The notes beneath the pieces are model-generated. The model worked only from the letters and a program-made list of their open reading frames with translations, did not search any database and was not told where the DNA came from. Made by a program: the position numbers and the translations under genes. This document shows positions 10,301 through 20,476 of a stretch of 64,000 nt of DNA, one piece after another. The stretch is from a virus (lineage: Duplodnaviria; Caudoviricetes): IMG/VR virus record IMGVR_UViG_3300033498_000048, positions 224,001-288,000 of that record. One strand, 5' to 3'. Positions within the stretch are counted from its first letter, which is position 1; the number at the start of each line of letters is the position of its first letter.

Positions 10301-12800
10301 TGTTATTCAAATATGCTGCAATTCTATATGAATAGATTGCCATTTCTGATAATACATCTAATTGTGGAGCAATAGGATTCTCGGCACTTATTCCAGGTTT
10401 TGAATAAATTGTTCCATTTTTATTTACTACCATCAAATCAGTTCTTGGTAAATAAAACTCAATGTCTGATATGAAAATTGAATTTAATGCAGGTTGAACT
10501 AAGCTAACAATTGAATTATCTAATACCAATGGTCTAAAATCTAAACAATCCCTTAAGTTATATAATTGGTTGTCAGATGTTTTAAATGATGGAATATCAC
10601 CATAATGATAGTTGTTATCAATGGTATTAACAATAGCAGAATAACTATCAACACTGAAAAAATGTCCAGTATCACTATGTTGGTAATACTCATATTCAAT
10701 TGTAAATCTAGCATCACCTAGAAATGGATAATTAGATGTTAGTGTAATTGGAACATATGCCCAATCTGTTTGTCCATTAGTCCATTTAAAATGTTTCGTT
10801 ACATCTGTTGATAGTGAATCATTTAAAGTTATTTTAACAATTTTATGTAAATCACTTTTAGTTAAATTAAAAGTAGTTCCATTTAATTGTTTATCTGATT
10901 CGGTTATTGCAACAAGAGATTTAGTTTTTTCAAACACATTACTATTTAAAACTGTATGGACTAATTGTACAACCTTTCCAGAGTTAGCCGAATTGCCAGT
11001 ATTTACTGTAATAGAATCTGCTGTTAATGAAATTGTATTAAAACCTAATGGAATATAATCAGTTCCCGATATTATATGAGCATATGTAGACCCTAAATCT
11101 AATGGTTGGAATGTTTCATTGGTTTGATTTACCCATGTGAATGCTCCAGCTGAATTTAATACACCGTGAAACTTTTTACGTTGTGAATAACTCATACTAC
11201 TTTGAGTTGAATTGTTTATATCTCGTAAGGATTTAACGTTTTTCTTTCCTAGATAATATACCAATGAACTTTTATCGGCATCGTAAATATTAGGCTTTCC
11301 AGTATAACTATCAACCGTTGGAACTAATAAGTGTTCACCAGAAACAAATATTCCAGATAAACATTTAACATCTTGATATTGTTTCCCTGGAATTAATTTC
11401 ATATCAACAAAATGAACTCTCCATGTGTGTCCAAATTCGTGTTCAAAGTCAGCCAATATATCAAAACCCTTTAATGTTCCTATCATATTACCAGTGGGTA
11501 AGTTGTTTACTGGAACACCATCATACAATGAAATTTCGATATTAGAAAATATACTCGTAACTTGTTCAGTTGGGTCATTTGGAACAACCTTTGTAACAAT
11601 CGCAGCCCCAGAAACCAATATATAATTTAATCCTCCAGTTCTATTCAAATAACTTTTTAGCTTTTTAGTTTCACGGGGTTTATCTATAATGACTTCAGTT
11701 TCACTGGTGTTTCTAACTTCATATCCTCTAACATACCCAGTTCCACCTCTAACTATTGCAACAAATTTACTTTCATCTCCACCATTATTAATGGTATATA
11801 CACCATTTGGGTCATTATCTGATTTAGCTAAATGCTCTTTAAATGATATTCCAAATTGTTTAGTTGTGTAGTTACCACTTTCATCATATGTTCGTCTAGC
11901 TAATATGTCCATAATATCAGAATACGCTGGAATATCATTAACGTACTTTATTTTACCATTTTTAACAATAGCCAGTGGAATAAATTTATCACCATCAACA
12001 AATTGTAAGCTTCTGATAACTGGTATCAACCTAACTCGTTCTCTATCAGCTCCTGGGGCTTGATAATTCGGATAACCAAGTGCATTATCTAATAGTGATA
12101 TGTCAGTGTCCGATGTCACTATATCTGATATGACATCAAAACCTACTTTATAGCTAGATGTATTTCTGGAATATTTGTCTGCTACTATTATTGATGGTAA
12201 AACATCAATAAACATACCATCAATGAAATAAGTTGAAGTTTGAATGTACCACAAACTACCATATCCAGTTGGAACTATATTAATAAATGATTGTGATTGG
12301 TTAGGACAAGATGGACACCTGATTTTAATTTTATATGAAACTATACCCAAATCATCAATTACATCTATGATTTCTCCATTTAAAAATACTGAAGTGTTAT
12401 TATCAATAGCCGTTTTAGTATATTTCACATAAACAGTATGTGGAGATTCATTTGTAGCATCACATACATAAATTATAGTTGCTTCGATACCAGATGTTGT
12501 ACCACGCAATAATGTTCCGTGTATTTTATTAATACTAACTAACTCAGAATCAAATGGACTTATACTTTCTAATGTAATATAATTCGCAACAACATATTTT
12601 GGAGGTGAACCCTTAACAGGTGAACCGTGTTTAAATATGTGCGATGAAAACCTATTCATTTGATTGTACAAAATGCTTTGTACTTGGTTTAATTCCCTAG
12701 CTTGAACTGGAACTTTTGGCTTAAACAAAACACTCACAAAATTCTTATTTGGATTGAAATCATCAAAATATGGTTGTTTGTTGTGGTTGTAGGTTGTCAT
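7356..12800 (-). CDS. large baseplate/tail protein, DUF4815 (VrlC-like)
   Basis: PYFDDF....NF..VLFKP..PVQARELNQ.QS; APGADR; LARRTYDESGNY; RYTMRDIGKLDNRI..LE; DPIAQTF. Confidence 0.9.
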   Translation of the reverse strand: MTTYNHNKQPYFDDFNPNKNFVSVLFKPKVPVQARELNQVQSILYNQMNRFSSHIFKHGSPVKGSPPKYVVANYITLESISPFDSELVSINKIHGTLLRGTTSGIEATIIYVCDATNESPHTVYVKYTKTAIDNNTSVFLNGEIIDVIDDLGIVSYKIKIRCPSCPNQSQSFINIVPTGYGSLWYIQTSTYFIDGMFIDVLPSIIVADKYSRNTSSYKVGFDVISDIVTSDTDISLLDNALGYPNYQAPGADRERVRLIPVIRSLQFVDGDKFIPLAIVKNGKIKYVNDIPAYSDIMDILARRTYDESGNYTTKQFGISFKEHLAKSDNDPNGVYTINNGGDESKFVAIVRGGTGYVRGYEVRNTSETEVIIDKPRETKKLKSYLNRTGGLNYILVSGAAIVTKVVPNDPTEQVTSIFSNIEISLYDGVPVNNLPTGNMIGTLKGFDILADFEHEFGHTWRVHFVDMKLIPGKQYQDVKCLSGIFVSGEHLLVPTVDSYTGKPNIYDADKSSLVYYLGKKNVKSLRDINNSTQSSMSYSQRKKFHGVLNSAGAFTWVNQTNETFQPLDLGSTYAHIISGTDYIPLGFNTISLTADSITVNTGNSANSGKVVQLVHTVLNSNVFEKTKSLVAITESDKQLNGTTFNLTKSDLHKIVKITLNDSLSTDVTKHFKWTNGQTDWAYVPITLTSNYPFLGDARFTIEYEYYQHSDTGHFFSVDSYSAIVNTIDNNYHYGDIPSFKTSDNQLYNLRDCLDFRPLVLDNSIVSLVQPALNSIFISDIEFYLPRTDLMVVNKNGTIYSKPGISAENPIAPQLDVLSEMAIYSYRIAAYLNNIETDIVTSFIENKRYTMRDIGKLDNRITELENFTNFTTLERRLVDTPIKNINGIELYKNGFMVDCFNSFRYSAIDDTEFKCVIDRTHYEVVPQYTMFNANFDFIPSDSTNYKQYGNIIMLNHYDEPFITQPFASEAIVINTQSTPSITGKAIIVPNITNWADLENDPKVVIDAKVGLDSIPINKLGLAGIESNVWEWLNEATNTNNLQSDNAVRLIDVNNNLNTQTIGNNIYKNQENVKSQLKVCPLIEKQRFQVFATGLKPNTKVYCFFDGINVSDLCRPLNTKTNYGDDIVVDNLGNVKLEFKLPKERFRSGPKVFKVTNNAVLETSAETILWTAGTWASVNTYQNTFTSATQHAIQLDDTNTPDPIAQTFSIDVDCYITGISLYFQSIHPDDMVCLELRNVIDGTGIPGDDVLGGCNVKGRDIITSSNASVKSELKLLYPVYVKAGYNYAMVISSVKPSTKIWVGELGQYDVIQFNKLINKQFESTGLYKSQNNMWTEIINYDLKYAINRAIFTASNMQLTFNNRVVRDYNSMSNAIETQSGSNLVRIHRSNHGVAIGDIYKFDLSSGIWLNFTLNNISDKFSIGQRISTTTGVGTISDIKPGIIISTIDCQLSDITGHFSIGQQFTVNNFTQQLTDRYVTDSFVGGTTTFNSAISTITGTCNSTSIIDINGIPSTDFNNDIAIVSIDSINSFIIQLSTPATTSGIVELNVYLNLNLKYDKFVVSCSNPIINGCTNSWVLSGIGHQSFDLFSNLNYIKQYDIPFKIGELVNLNSPFKFANDYNEIRVFGNTGKSIGVVGTFNSDNQYVSPVININSLSVIGIANKIDNDIDANIYDVIPNGLNRFIPETNNRNGISSYKYISKVMTLKNSAIELKIIVEVCKPLYSNFDIYIKTLNIGDSRIIDDVDWILMPIEFKKNFTSITSNDFQHIEFIVGEVLPTMWNNKTATFKAVKVKLVGKTKNTSNPPKFKNLKVIALT

Positions 12801-12808
12801 AATAATCC

Positions 12809-14353
12809 TTAAAATAAAATAACTAATTTAATATTCTCTTCCTCATTTATACTACGAGTTATCGCTTGAATATTACTTAAATATAATACATATCCACTAC
12901 CACGTTTAATTTTGTGTAATGGACTAATAACATCACTATAATCTGGATGACTTGGTCCAATATAATAATTTAAATATGCTGGAATACCATTTGAATCTAA
13001 CACATCGGTAATAATAGCAATTTGTCTATAATCACTTCCAACATCTGTTATTAAATGTGTATTGTTTTCCAATTTAACACTAATTAAAATGGCAGTTGCA
13101 TTTAACTCAGTAACCATATTATACCCATGACCGTTATATGGAGACATAATTGCCTTTGCAATACACCCAGATGTTCCAGCAATAATAAACACTTTAGCCC
13201 AAGTGTAATTTGTTCCATTAGAATTAACTGTTATAGCTGTTACAGTATTTGATTCTGATATTACTGGACTTGCTGTTGCTCCAGTTCCATCGCCTACAAT
13301 TAAAACAATCGCATCTGTATAGTTTGACCCAACCATATTTACATCTATGCTAGTAACTGTTCCTGTTGTTATATTTGCAGTTGCAGTTGCTCCAGTTCCC
13401 AATGCAGTAGTGTTTTTTATTATCGCAAATGTATCTGTAGTATATCCATTACCACTTTCTATAGCCAATACTTGTCTAATTTCATTTGTGTTTGTTTTTA
13501 TTACATTAACAACTACATTTGACCCAACTCCATCTATTGCAACTTCGGTATCTGCGAATGTTCCAATTTGTGTCAATATGCTGAATGTACTTATTCCATT
13601 AGTTTGTGCTGACTGTTGTATTGTCCATTGCTCACTACTATCATCTTGAATGAGGTATTTTACTGGAACATACCCTGTAGTTAAAAATGTTGCAGCATCT
13701 TGTGAGCTAATATTACCAAGATACTTCCAGCAATACCCGTCTGCTAACACTACAGGATTTATTCCTGTAGTTGTTGGTTTTGAAATACTAGGCGAATCGG
13801 TGTTATTATCAAGACATTTGTATATCTTTAACTCATCAGTAACAATGTAATACGGAGTTAAATACGGTGATTCAAAAGTGTCAACGTCTGGATTAAACTG
13901 ACTATACACAATACCTGAAGTCCAATCGTGTCTAATTGCCATCATTCTAACATCGTTACTTGTTATCTTTTTTAATGTAATGATATTGTTCATGGTTTTC
14001 AAATCACCTGAATTTGACATATCGGGTAAGGTTGGGGATGATTCATTAAACCAAGGCACTGGATTACCAATTGATAGGAACATATTTCCTTTGAATGTGT
14101 TATCTTTGATAACTTGTTCAATAAACATCCAATTCAAACTACCATCAGACATTGTTCCGCTAATATGTGTTGGAGTTATATTACCACTAATTCCAGCTGA
14201 CAATGCACAATATTTATTTGTTCCACTGATACAAACATTGCCTATTATATAATTTGTGTTTGATGTCCAAACATCTGGAGTTTTAGATTGTATTGTATTA
14301 ATAAAACTATTACAAGAAAAACCTCTAATATTTTGACTGAACTTTGCTGACAT
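12809..14353 (-). CDS. gp8: T4-like baseplate wedge subunit
   Basis: YYIVTDELKIYKCLDNN, S..KPT, DGYCWKYL, GHG, DYRQIAI motifs. Confidence 0.85.
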   Translation of the reverse strand: MSAKFSQNIRGFSCNSFINTIQSKTPDVWTSNTNYIIGNVCISGTNKYCALSAGISGNITPTHISGTMSDGSLNWMFIEQVIKDNTFKGNMFLSIGNPVPWFNESSPTLPDMSNSGDLKTMNNIITLKKITSNDVRMMAIRHDWTSGIVYSQFNPDVDTFESPYLTPYYIVTDELKIYKCLDNNTDSPSISKPTTTGINPVVLADGYCWKYLGNISSQDAATFLTTGYVPVKYLIQDDSSEQWTIQQSAQTNGISTFSILTQIGTFADTEVAIDGVGSNVVVNVIKTNTNEIRQVLAIESGNGYTTDTFAIIKNTTALGTGATATANITTGTVTSIDVNMVGSNYTDAIVLIVGDGTGATASPVISESNTVTAITVNSNGTNYTWAKVFIIAGTSGCIAKAIMSPYNGHGYNMVTELNATAILISVKLENNTHLITDVGSDYRQIAIITDVLDSNGIPAYLNYYIGPSHPDYSDVISPLHKIKRGSGYVLYLSNIQAITRSINEEENIKLVILF

Positions 14354-14363
14354 TTAAACCTCT

Positions 14364-15986
14364 TTAAACTTGTATTTTTATTATTTCTGGGTCAATGGTT
14401 TTATAGTTTTTAATTCCAATAGAATATATTGAATCAAGGCTAATGTTTCCAAAATCTGATATTGTATATTTGAAAGTACCATCGAATTTGAAATATTCAA
14501 TGTTATTTATATCAAATAATAAACTATCGTTAATGTAATGTTGATTCTTAATTATTTCCATTGTTGAATTAACATCAATCATATCAATAGTTGGTAATAT
14601 CCTATTGATTTGTTTTGATATTAGTAACTCAATATCTATACCATTCAATTGGATTTCATCATTAATAATATGAACTTTAAACTTATTGAATCCTACTGGA
14701 TGTAATAATTCATCCACAATTTTATCAATCCGTGAATTGGAAATCGTACTGTGAACTTCATATGAATATTGTTGATATTTGTTTCCATCAAATATAATCG
14801 AACCATATCCAATAAACTTATTATCATTGATGTGTGTTAATTCAGTTTCATATACGCAATTGTGTAATTGAATATCGAGTATTGCAGAGTTACCATTATC
14901 AGTTAAAATACTAACACCAATAGAGTTTGTATTGGAACCCCAGTATTGTTCTTTGATGTCGAAACTCTTTATGCCACCAATTTCATTTGAATTACCAGTT
15001 AATATAGCACCATATCCACCAGATTTGCTATTAACAATTATGTCTGGAAAACTAATATAATCATAGCCAGAACTCCATAGTTTAATATTTGTTATTGTAC
15101 CAGCTTCATTAACACTAACAACTTCAGAATAGAAGCTATGTCCACTAATAGTTGGAATTGTAGTGATACTATCTCCAATAGAATAGCCATATCCACCATT
15201 TACAATATTAACACCTGTAATACCACCAGTAACAACGGACTTAACAACTATGTGTCCATTTATTGTAAACCCATCTAATAAAACAACATCACCGATTTTA
15301 TATCCAATTCCAGGATGTTTTATTTTTACGATTGGATGGTTTAATATTGTTTCAGTAACTGTTTCAGTGTTGTTCCAAATGTCAATTGATTCGCCTGGAA
15401 TATAACTCTTATTAATATTATTGATTAATATTTTGTAATAACATTCACCTTTAATATTAATTGGTGATATTTTATTAATAGTAGTTTCTATTCCACTAGA
15501 TTTACCTGTTACGATTGTGTTTAATAATACGGTATTGTATATGTGTTGGAATGAAATTGATTGAATTGAGTTTCCAGTAGTTAAAATCCATTGGTCTTTA
15601 TAATAGGTTGAATCACTTAAATTAAATACGTTATCACGTTGGTATTGTATATTAACATCAACGTCATATAAAATTCTATACAAATATTTAAAACTACTTT
15701 CACTTCCACGACTTAAATAAAAATCACGCAATGTGTGGACTAATAATTTTCTATCAATTAATGTTTTATGATTCCAACCTAATTCACTTATTATCAAATC
15801 AACATATGGCTCAATATCGTTATTAATTTCTAAGTTATCAGAATATTGTAATAATAATTGTATGTAATTACCATCCAATTCAAGCCATTTGTAAAAATCG
15901 ACTATTAATTGGAACGCACTAGGATAACCATATCGAATAAAGTTTGGTATCTTTGATTTTAATATTGGTACAATTGTTTTTCTCAT
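14364..15986 (-). CDS. baseplate wedge initiator-like protein (gp7-like)
   Basis: FY.W.E, RDFYLSRGSESSFKYLYRILY, repeated G.GY..GD, LLHPVGF; lies between gp6 and gp8. Confidence 0.75.
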   Translation of the reverse strand: MRKTIVPILKSKIPNFIRYGYPSAFQLIVDFYKWLELDGNYIQLLLQYSDNLEINNDIEPYVDLIISELGWNHKTLIDRKLLVHTLRDFYLSRGSESSFKYLYRILYDVDVNIQYQRDNVFNLSDSTYYKDQWILTTGNSIQSISFQHIYNTVLLNTIVTGKSSGIETTINKISPINIKGECYYKILINNINKSYIPGESIDIWNNTETVTETILNHPIVKIKHPGIGYKIGDVVLLDGFTINGHIVVKSVVTGGITGVNIVNGGYGYSIGDSITTIPTISGHSFYSEVVSVNEAGTITNIKLWSSGYDYISFPDIIVNSKSGGYGAILTGNSNEIGGIKSFDIKEQYWGSNTNSIGVSILTDNGNSAILDIQLHNCVYETELTHINDNKFIGYGSIIFDGNKYQQYSYEVHSTISNSRIDKIVDELLHPVGFNKFKVHIINDEIQLNGIDIELLISKQINRILPTIDMIDVNSTMEIIKNQHYINDSLLFDINNIEYFKFDGTFKYTISDFGNISLDSIYSIGIKNYKTIDPEIIKIQV

Positions 15987-17779
15987 TAATATCGAACCTC
16001 AACTTTTACACTTGAAATGTTTACAATATTGTATAAGTATGTTTCAATATCAGGTAATTTTGGTTTAGCGTAAATAATGATTGTTCCATGTGTACCATAA
16101 TCTATTGAACTTGTAATGTTTTGTTCAATAATCAGTTTAATTAAACCTTTAACATAATCAATTTCACCTATTGGACTATTTACTATAACTGACTTTGTTA
16201 CACTATTAGAAATAAAAACACTACCACCAATATCGCTAGACAACACACAATCAATCCCACCATATTTAAATGTGGAACTTGTAATACTTTCATTACCATT
16301 TAATTGGTTTCCAAATGCTATTAAATATTGTGAAGAGCTTAAATATACAATATTAAATGATTTTGATATTGTTGATTCACTATAAATTCGTGATATGTAC
16401 AATTCACCATTTTTAATATAATCTAACAAATCAATATTGCTTAATCCACGTTCAAATTTACTTAAATGTGCTTTATTGTACACATTAACTTTATTTGAAA
16501 TTAGTTTTTGTATTTCGCCGTTTGATTTGTTTGTCATGGTTGGGTCAACTTTGACGTGTATTGATAATTGGACATCAATATATTCAGGGTCTATTAATTT
16601 AACATTAGTTCCTATTACACCATTTTGTGATAATAATTTGTTAATTTCTTGTTTCGCTGCTATGCCGATATTGTTGTTTAGTTTCGGCTTAATGCTAATG
16701 TATATTGAGCCATAATCTGGAGGAATGTTTTTTTCACCACCCCATATATTAATACTATCAATATCCCTATAAGTGTCTAATATTATGCTCTTATAATCAG
16801 ATTCAGTAACAACTCGTTTTTGTCGTTTGAAGTTTGCTGGAATATTAGTCCGCAAACTTTGAATTGACTCTGCATTGATTCCGCCACTTGATTTTTCTAT
16901 TATTGTTACTAAGAAGTTCAAATATGCACCTGTTGTACCAGCATCTAAAATAGATGGACGTTGATATGCCATTTTAGTACAACCGTTTCCATCTGGACCA
17001 GACGTGCTTAAATAAACCATTTCAATCATAGAATTATTTAATGGTTGATTACCAATAATGTTGTTTCCAAACATTATTTCATATAATCCCTCTATATTAG
17101 AGCTTAAATAAAACACTTTATCGTTTTTGTTAATATCAAAAACATCATTGACTAATATATATTCGTCCCTATTAGTTGAAGATGAGTCTGGATAAACATA
17201 TACTCGCAATGTTTCATAATCAATGTTAATATCATTAATTACAAATCTTTGGTTCTGAACATCGGATTTTACTATCATTTTCCATGATTTTAAACTTCCC
17301 TCATAAACGGTAAAGTGTGGAGATGTATAATAAACTTGTGTTCCATTAACTATTCTATTGTGACAAATAACATCTTCTAAATTGTAAAAAGTTCTTGAAT
17401 CATTTGACACGTTTATTCCAGATAACAAACTATATTTTGGAATAATTATGGTTTTGTTATCTGGTTCAGGTAAACTATCTAAATTTATTTGTAAACTAAC
17501 AACTGCTCTCGATGCACGTTTCCCCTTTGGTAAATACCCATTTAGTTTGGCTTTACTCATTAAGCTTTCGCGTTTTGTAGCTCCATCAATAAAGCTTTCC
17601 GTGTATGCCATTTTTATGTAATATCCCATATAATGTGCAATATATGCAAACAAATTCATTAATGAACTAATGCCACTAGCTTCAAAATTATAATCTGTGT
17701 AATAGCTTTTGGTTTTTAAATATGAAATAAAATTGGACTTTATCTCATCAAAATCTAATCCGTTTATTGGTAATTGCAT
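15986..17779 (-). CDS. gp6: T4-like baseplate wedge subunit
   Basis: LDFDEIKSNF..YL, DYNFEASG, ESFID.A..R.S, YEI.FG, R.VT..DY, WGGE...PPDYG..YISIKP. Confidence 0.93.
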   Translation of the reverse strand: MQLPINGLDFDEIKSNFISYLKTKSYYTDYNFEASGISSLMNLFAYIAHYMGYYIKMAYTESFIDGATKRESLMSKAKLNGYLPKGKRASRAVVSLQINLDSLPEPDNKTIIIPKYSLLSGINVSNDSRTFYNLEDVICHNRIVNGTQVYYTSPHFTVYEGSLKSWKMIVKSDVQNQRFVINDINIDYETLRVYVYPDSSSTNRDEYILVNDVFDINKNDKVFYLSSNIEGLYEIMFGNNIIGNQPLNNSMIEMVYLSTSGPDGNGCTKMAYQRPSILDAGTTGAYLNFLVTIIEKSSGGINAESIQSLRTNIPANFKRQKRVVTESDYKSIILDTYRDIDSINIWGGEKNIPPDYGSIYISIKPKLNNNIGIAAKQEINKLLSQNGVIGTNVKLIDPEYIDVQLSIHVKVDPTMTNKSNGEIQKLISNKVNVYNKAHLSKFERGLSNIDLLDYIKNGELYISRIYSESTISKSFNIVYLSSSQYLIAFGNQLNGNESITSSTFKYGGIDCVLSSDIGGSVFISNSVTKSVIVNSPIGEIDYVKGLIKLIIEQNITSSIDYGTHGTIIIYAKPKLPDIETYLYNIVNISSVKVEVRY

Positions 17780-18174
17780 TATCTAATCCTCTGAATCACA
17801 TAATTAAAAGTTTCTTGCCTATTCAAATTTAATATCTCATAAAATATTGTTATGTCATATGCGTTTCCATCTGGTAATAAAACAACCGTAACATCCATTA
17901 CCTTAATTCTAGGTTCAACTGCACCAATTAACCATTCAATTCTTGATTTTAATGTCGATGCAATTAATACAGATGGATTCTCAAATAACAATTCTTTGAT
18001 GTAATTCTTATATTTGCTATTGAATGGAACATCCCATATTTCCCATAAAAATATCGTGCGTAAGCTCCGTCTAATTGCTTCTTCATTTATTTTCGTTGTT
18101 ATGTCTCCAGTTAATGGGTGTATCGTCAATGATAAATCTACATCACGATATATTATTAAATCTGTGTTTTTCAT
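17779..18174 (-). CDS. gp25: baseplate wedge/sheath initiator
   Basis: YRDVDLS...HPLTGD, AIRRSL, EPRI; directly before gp6. Confidence 0.88.
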   Translation of the reverse strand: MKNTDLIIYRDVDLSLTIHPLTGDITTKINEEAIRRSLRTIFLWEIWDVPFNSKYKNYIKELLFENPSVLIASTLKSRIEWLIGAVEPRIKVMDVTVVLLPDGNAYDITIFYEILNLNRQETFNYVIQRIR

Positions 18175-18225
18175 TTGGCATTATCTGGTTGTTATACTAA
18201 TTTCATATTTATGTGAATATAGTTG

Positions 18226-18255
18226 TTGACTAGGTATTTAATATTTTGTTATACT
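18226..18255 (+). promoter_or_regulatory. sigma70-type early promoter
   Basis: TTGACT-N18-TATACT with TGn extended -10, ahead of the ORF at 18285. Confidence 0.6.
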
Positions 18256-18284
18256 ATTGACATTCAAATAGACTAGCTTATCAG

Positions 18285-18584
18285 GTGGGTGTTATGACAA
18301 CTTCAAAAGAATTTTTAAAAGCTATAAAAACCGAAATGAAAAAAAATGGTGGAGATGATTGGTCGGCAATAAACAAAGTAAGTTCCACAGTAAAACGTGG
18401 AGAAGAAGATGATTGGGATATTGCTAGACTGGCAATTATAGGATTAACATCAACACAAGCAGCACAAAAAGCTAAAGCAGCAGCAAAAAGAATTGAGAAG
18501 GAATTTAATTCAAAAGAAGTTCAAGGCTATTTAAAAGTAATGCACGGCTCAAAAGATTTTTATTCTAATAACGCTGTAGCTTAA
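18285..18584 (+). CDS. hypothetical early protein
   Basis: 99-aa ORF downstream of the sigma70 promoter. Confidence 0.6.
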   Translation: MGVMTTSKEFLKAIKTEMKKNGGDDWSAINKVSSTVKRGEEDDWDIARLAIIGLTSTQAAQKAKAAAKRIEKEFNSKEVQGYLKVMHGSKDFYSNNAVA

Positions 18585-18655
18585 AAAACCCGTCCGTCAG
18601 TGGCATCATAACTGGTAAAAAACAAGTAAAATAATAATTTTTAGGAGTAAACATC

Positions 18656-18841
18656 ATGTCAATATTCATACCATCCATAAAACACACAAACGGTTACATT
18701 GAGGTTTTTACAACAAAATATGGTGGGATGTTCTTTGACGACATAGTACACGCATCACTATATGTAAGCGACCATACCAATGAATTTTGGCATTGCACAT
18801 CAAAAGGAGTGGCTAAAAATAGAGCAAACGAAACTATTTAA
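18656..18841 (+). CDS. hypothetical protein
   Basis: 61 aa with AGGAG RBS. Confidence 0.6.
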   Translation: MSIFIPSIKHTNGYIEVFTTKYGGMFFDDIVHASLYVSDHTNEFWHCTSKGVAKNRANETI

Positions 18842-18880
18842 AGCATTTTTTATTGAAGTTTAACATAAAGGAAATGTATC

Positions 18881-19045
18881 GTGGAAACATTTGAATATGT
18901 TGAAGGCTTTTTAGCAGCTAAAAATGATTTAATGTATGGTAGCAACCCATATCAAGACCCCGTAAAAAAATTGTCGTGGTCTAAAGGTCATAACGACTTT
19001 AGAGTAAAACAAAAAACAACAAAGTCGAAGAAAATAGCAAAATAA
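18881..19045 (+). CDS. ribosome modulation factor (RMF/CrpP-fold)-like microprotein, not in the ORF track
   Basis: GTG start after AAGGA; 54 aa: VETFEYVEGFLAAKNDLMYGSNPYQDPVKKLSWSKGHNDFRVKQKTTKSKKIAK. The G-x13-PY-x8-W-xx-G spacing equals that of E. coli RMF. Confidence 0.6.
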   Translation: METFEYVEGFLAAKNDLMYGSNPYQDPVKKLSWSKGHNDFRVKQKTTKSKKIAK

Positions 19046-19068
19046 GCAAACTAGTGATAGGTTTGCTT
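19044..19068. terminator. intrinsic terminator-like hairpin
   Basis: AAGCAAAC-N9-GTTTGCTT followed by ATTT, between convergent genes. Confidence 0.5.
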
Positions 19069-19123
19069 ATTTGAATGGAAATTGTATTCTGTCTAATACC
19101 AATCAAGCACACATAGCTCAAAA

Positions 19124-19558
19124 TTAAGGGCAAACAGCTCTCAGGATTCTCATTTGACCCGCAAGAATCTTGGGCGCACCATCTCCATTGGAAACTGTTT
19201 TTGAAGTTGTAAGAAATGAAATATAATACAGATTTCCTGCTGTTGCTGCATCGTGTAACCCAGCCCCGACAATAGTTCCCCAATTTGCGGAAGGAACACC
19301 GAAAACCAATTCTTGTAGGTTGCTATATTCAAGGTTAGCTCCAGATGGACCCTGCCAACCATTTGATGCTAATATTTGAACCCTAGCATAGTTAGTTCCA
19401 ACAGTTGATACTTCAACTCCTCCAGTACCATCAAGTGACGGAGTTGAGGTGAATAGTGAAACCCACAACGATGTTGGAGGAGTGAATACGGGGGTATTCT
19501 TTAATAAGTAGTCCATAGACTTCTGATAATAAAAATTTGATGTGGTACTAGATGGCAT
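19124..19558 (-). CDS. phage virion structural protein (tail-associated)
   Basis: LWVSLFTS.P...GTGGVEVS...NYARV, F..PSANWGTI...GLHDAAT.GN; TATAAATA late promoter upstream. Confidence 0.7.
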   Translation of the reverse strand: MPSSTTSNFYYQKSMDYLLKNTPVFTPPTSLWVSLFTSTPSLDGTGGVEVSTVGTNYARVQILASNGWQGPSGANLEYSNLQELVFGVPSANWGTIVGAGLHDAATAGNLYYISFLTTSKTVSNGDGAPKILAGQMRILRAVCP

Positions 19559-19591
19559 TTTTTTTCTCCGTCATTAATAATAGTATTACTA

Positions 19592-19599
19592 TATTTATA
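19592..19599 (-). promoter_or_regulatory. T4-type late promoter
   Basis: TATAAATA on the minus strand 34 nt upstream of the 19558 start. Confidence 0.7.
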
Positions 19600-19637
19600 C
19601 AAACATTGACACGTTATATTTAATATTTTGGAGGTCC

Positions 19638-20030
19638 GATACGAGTTATTTAACAGAGGAAAGTTTGGGTTTACATTTGCATGAAATGTTCGGTGTAGAC
19701 TTTATACACAACAGAATAGTACAAAAATCGACCTGATTATAGGAATGACGCATTAAACCTAATAATTGAATTTGATGGATATAGACATTTTAATTCTACT
19801 GAAGTGATAACTTTAAAGATTCTGTATATGTGTAAATTTAGGTTACACTATAGTAGTAAAGTCATACTGGTATTAAAACGTTCTTTGAAAATACTTCATA
19901 GCTCATGTTGTCTGGAACAACATCTTTTGTTAATTGTGAATAGTATTTCACCGAGTTGTACACTTTATATACACTATTCCATTTACAGTTACAACTTTCA
20001 TGTTTTTACCATCAGCACCTTTAAACATTT
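19638..20030 (+). pseudogene. degraded DUF559/Vsr-like PD-(D/E)XK endonuclease
   Basis: Fragments in different frames: YLTEESLG...FIHNRIV / RPDYRNDALNLIIEFDGYRHF (19729-19791) / LGYTIVVKSYW; several frameshifts; 3' boundary approximate. Confidence 0.6.
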
Positions 20031-20228
20031 TAGTCCGAACGCTATTATTTGTTGACATTTGTATTATCTCCACGTTTCGTTTTAAGATTGGAATTACATT
20101 GTAGTGCTTATTTTACACTAAACATTAAAACGATGTCAAATTTATTTTATCTAAATTAATGGACGTGTATCAAGTTCGGGTTTAATCACATGGAACAGTT
20201 ATCACCCCTTTGGAAATATGGTGAAATC

Positions 20229-20420
20229 TCATACTTGTTTACCATAATCAACATATCGTTGTTCTAAGTCAGATTCCCAATCTTTAATTGTTTCAACAAG
20301 TAAAGAATTATGACTTCTTTTGATGTCACGTTTTGCACCGTCAATTGCTTTAATAAGACCAGATTGTCTACGTTTTTCTTGGGCTATCAAATTAGCAATT
20401 TGTTGTTTGTTAGTTGTCAT
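20229..20420 (-). CDS. hypothetical protein
   Basis: 63-aa helical ORF. Confidence 0.5.
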   Translation of the reverse strand: MTTNKQQIANLIAQEKRRQSGLIKAIDGAKRDIKRSHNSLLVETIKDWESDLEQRYVDYGKQV

Positions 20421-20476
20421 GTTGTTTCCAGGTATTGTAATTGATTCAAGTTATTGGAACATATAATAAAGTACCA

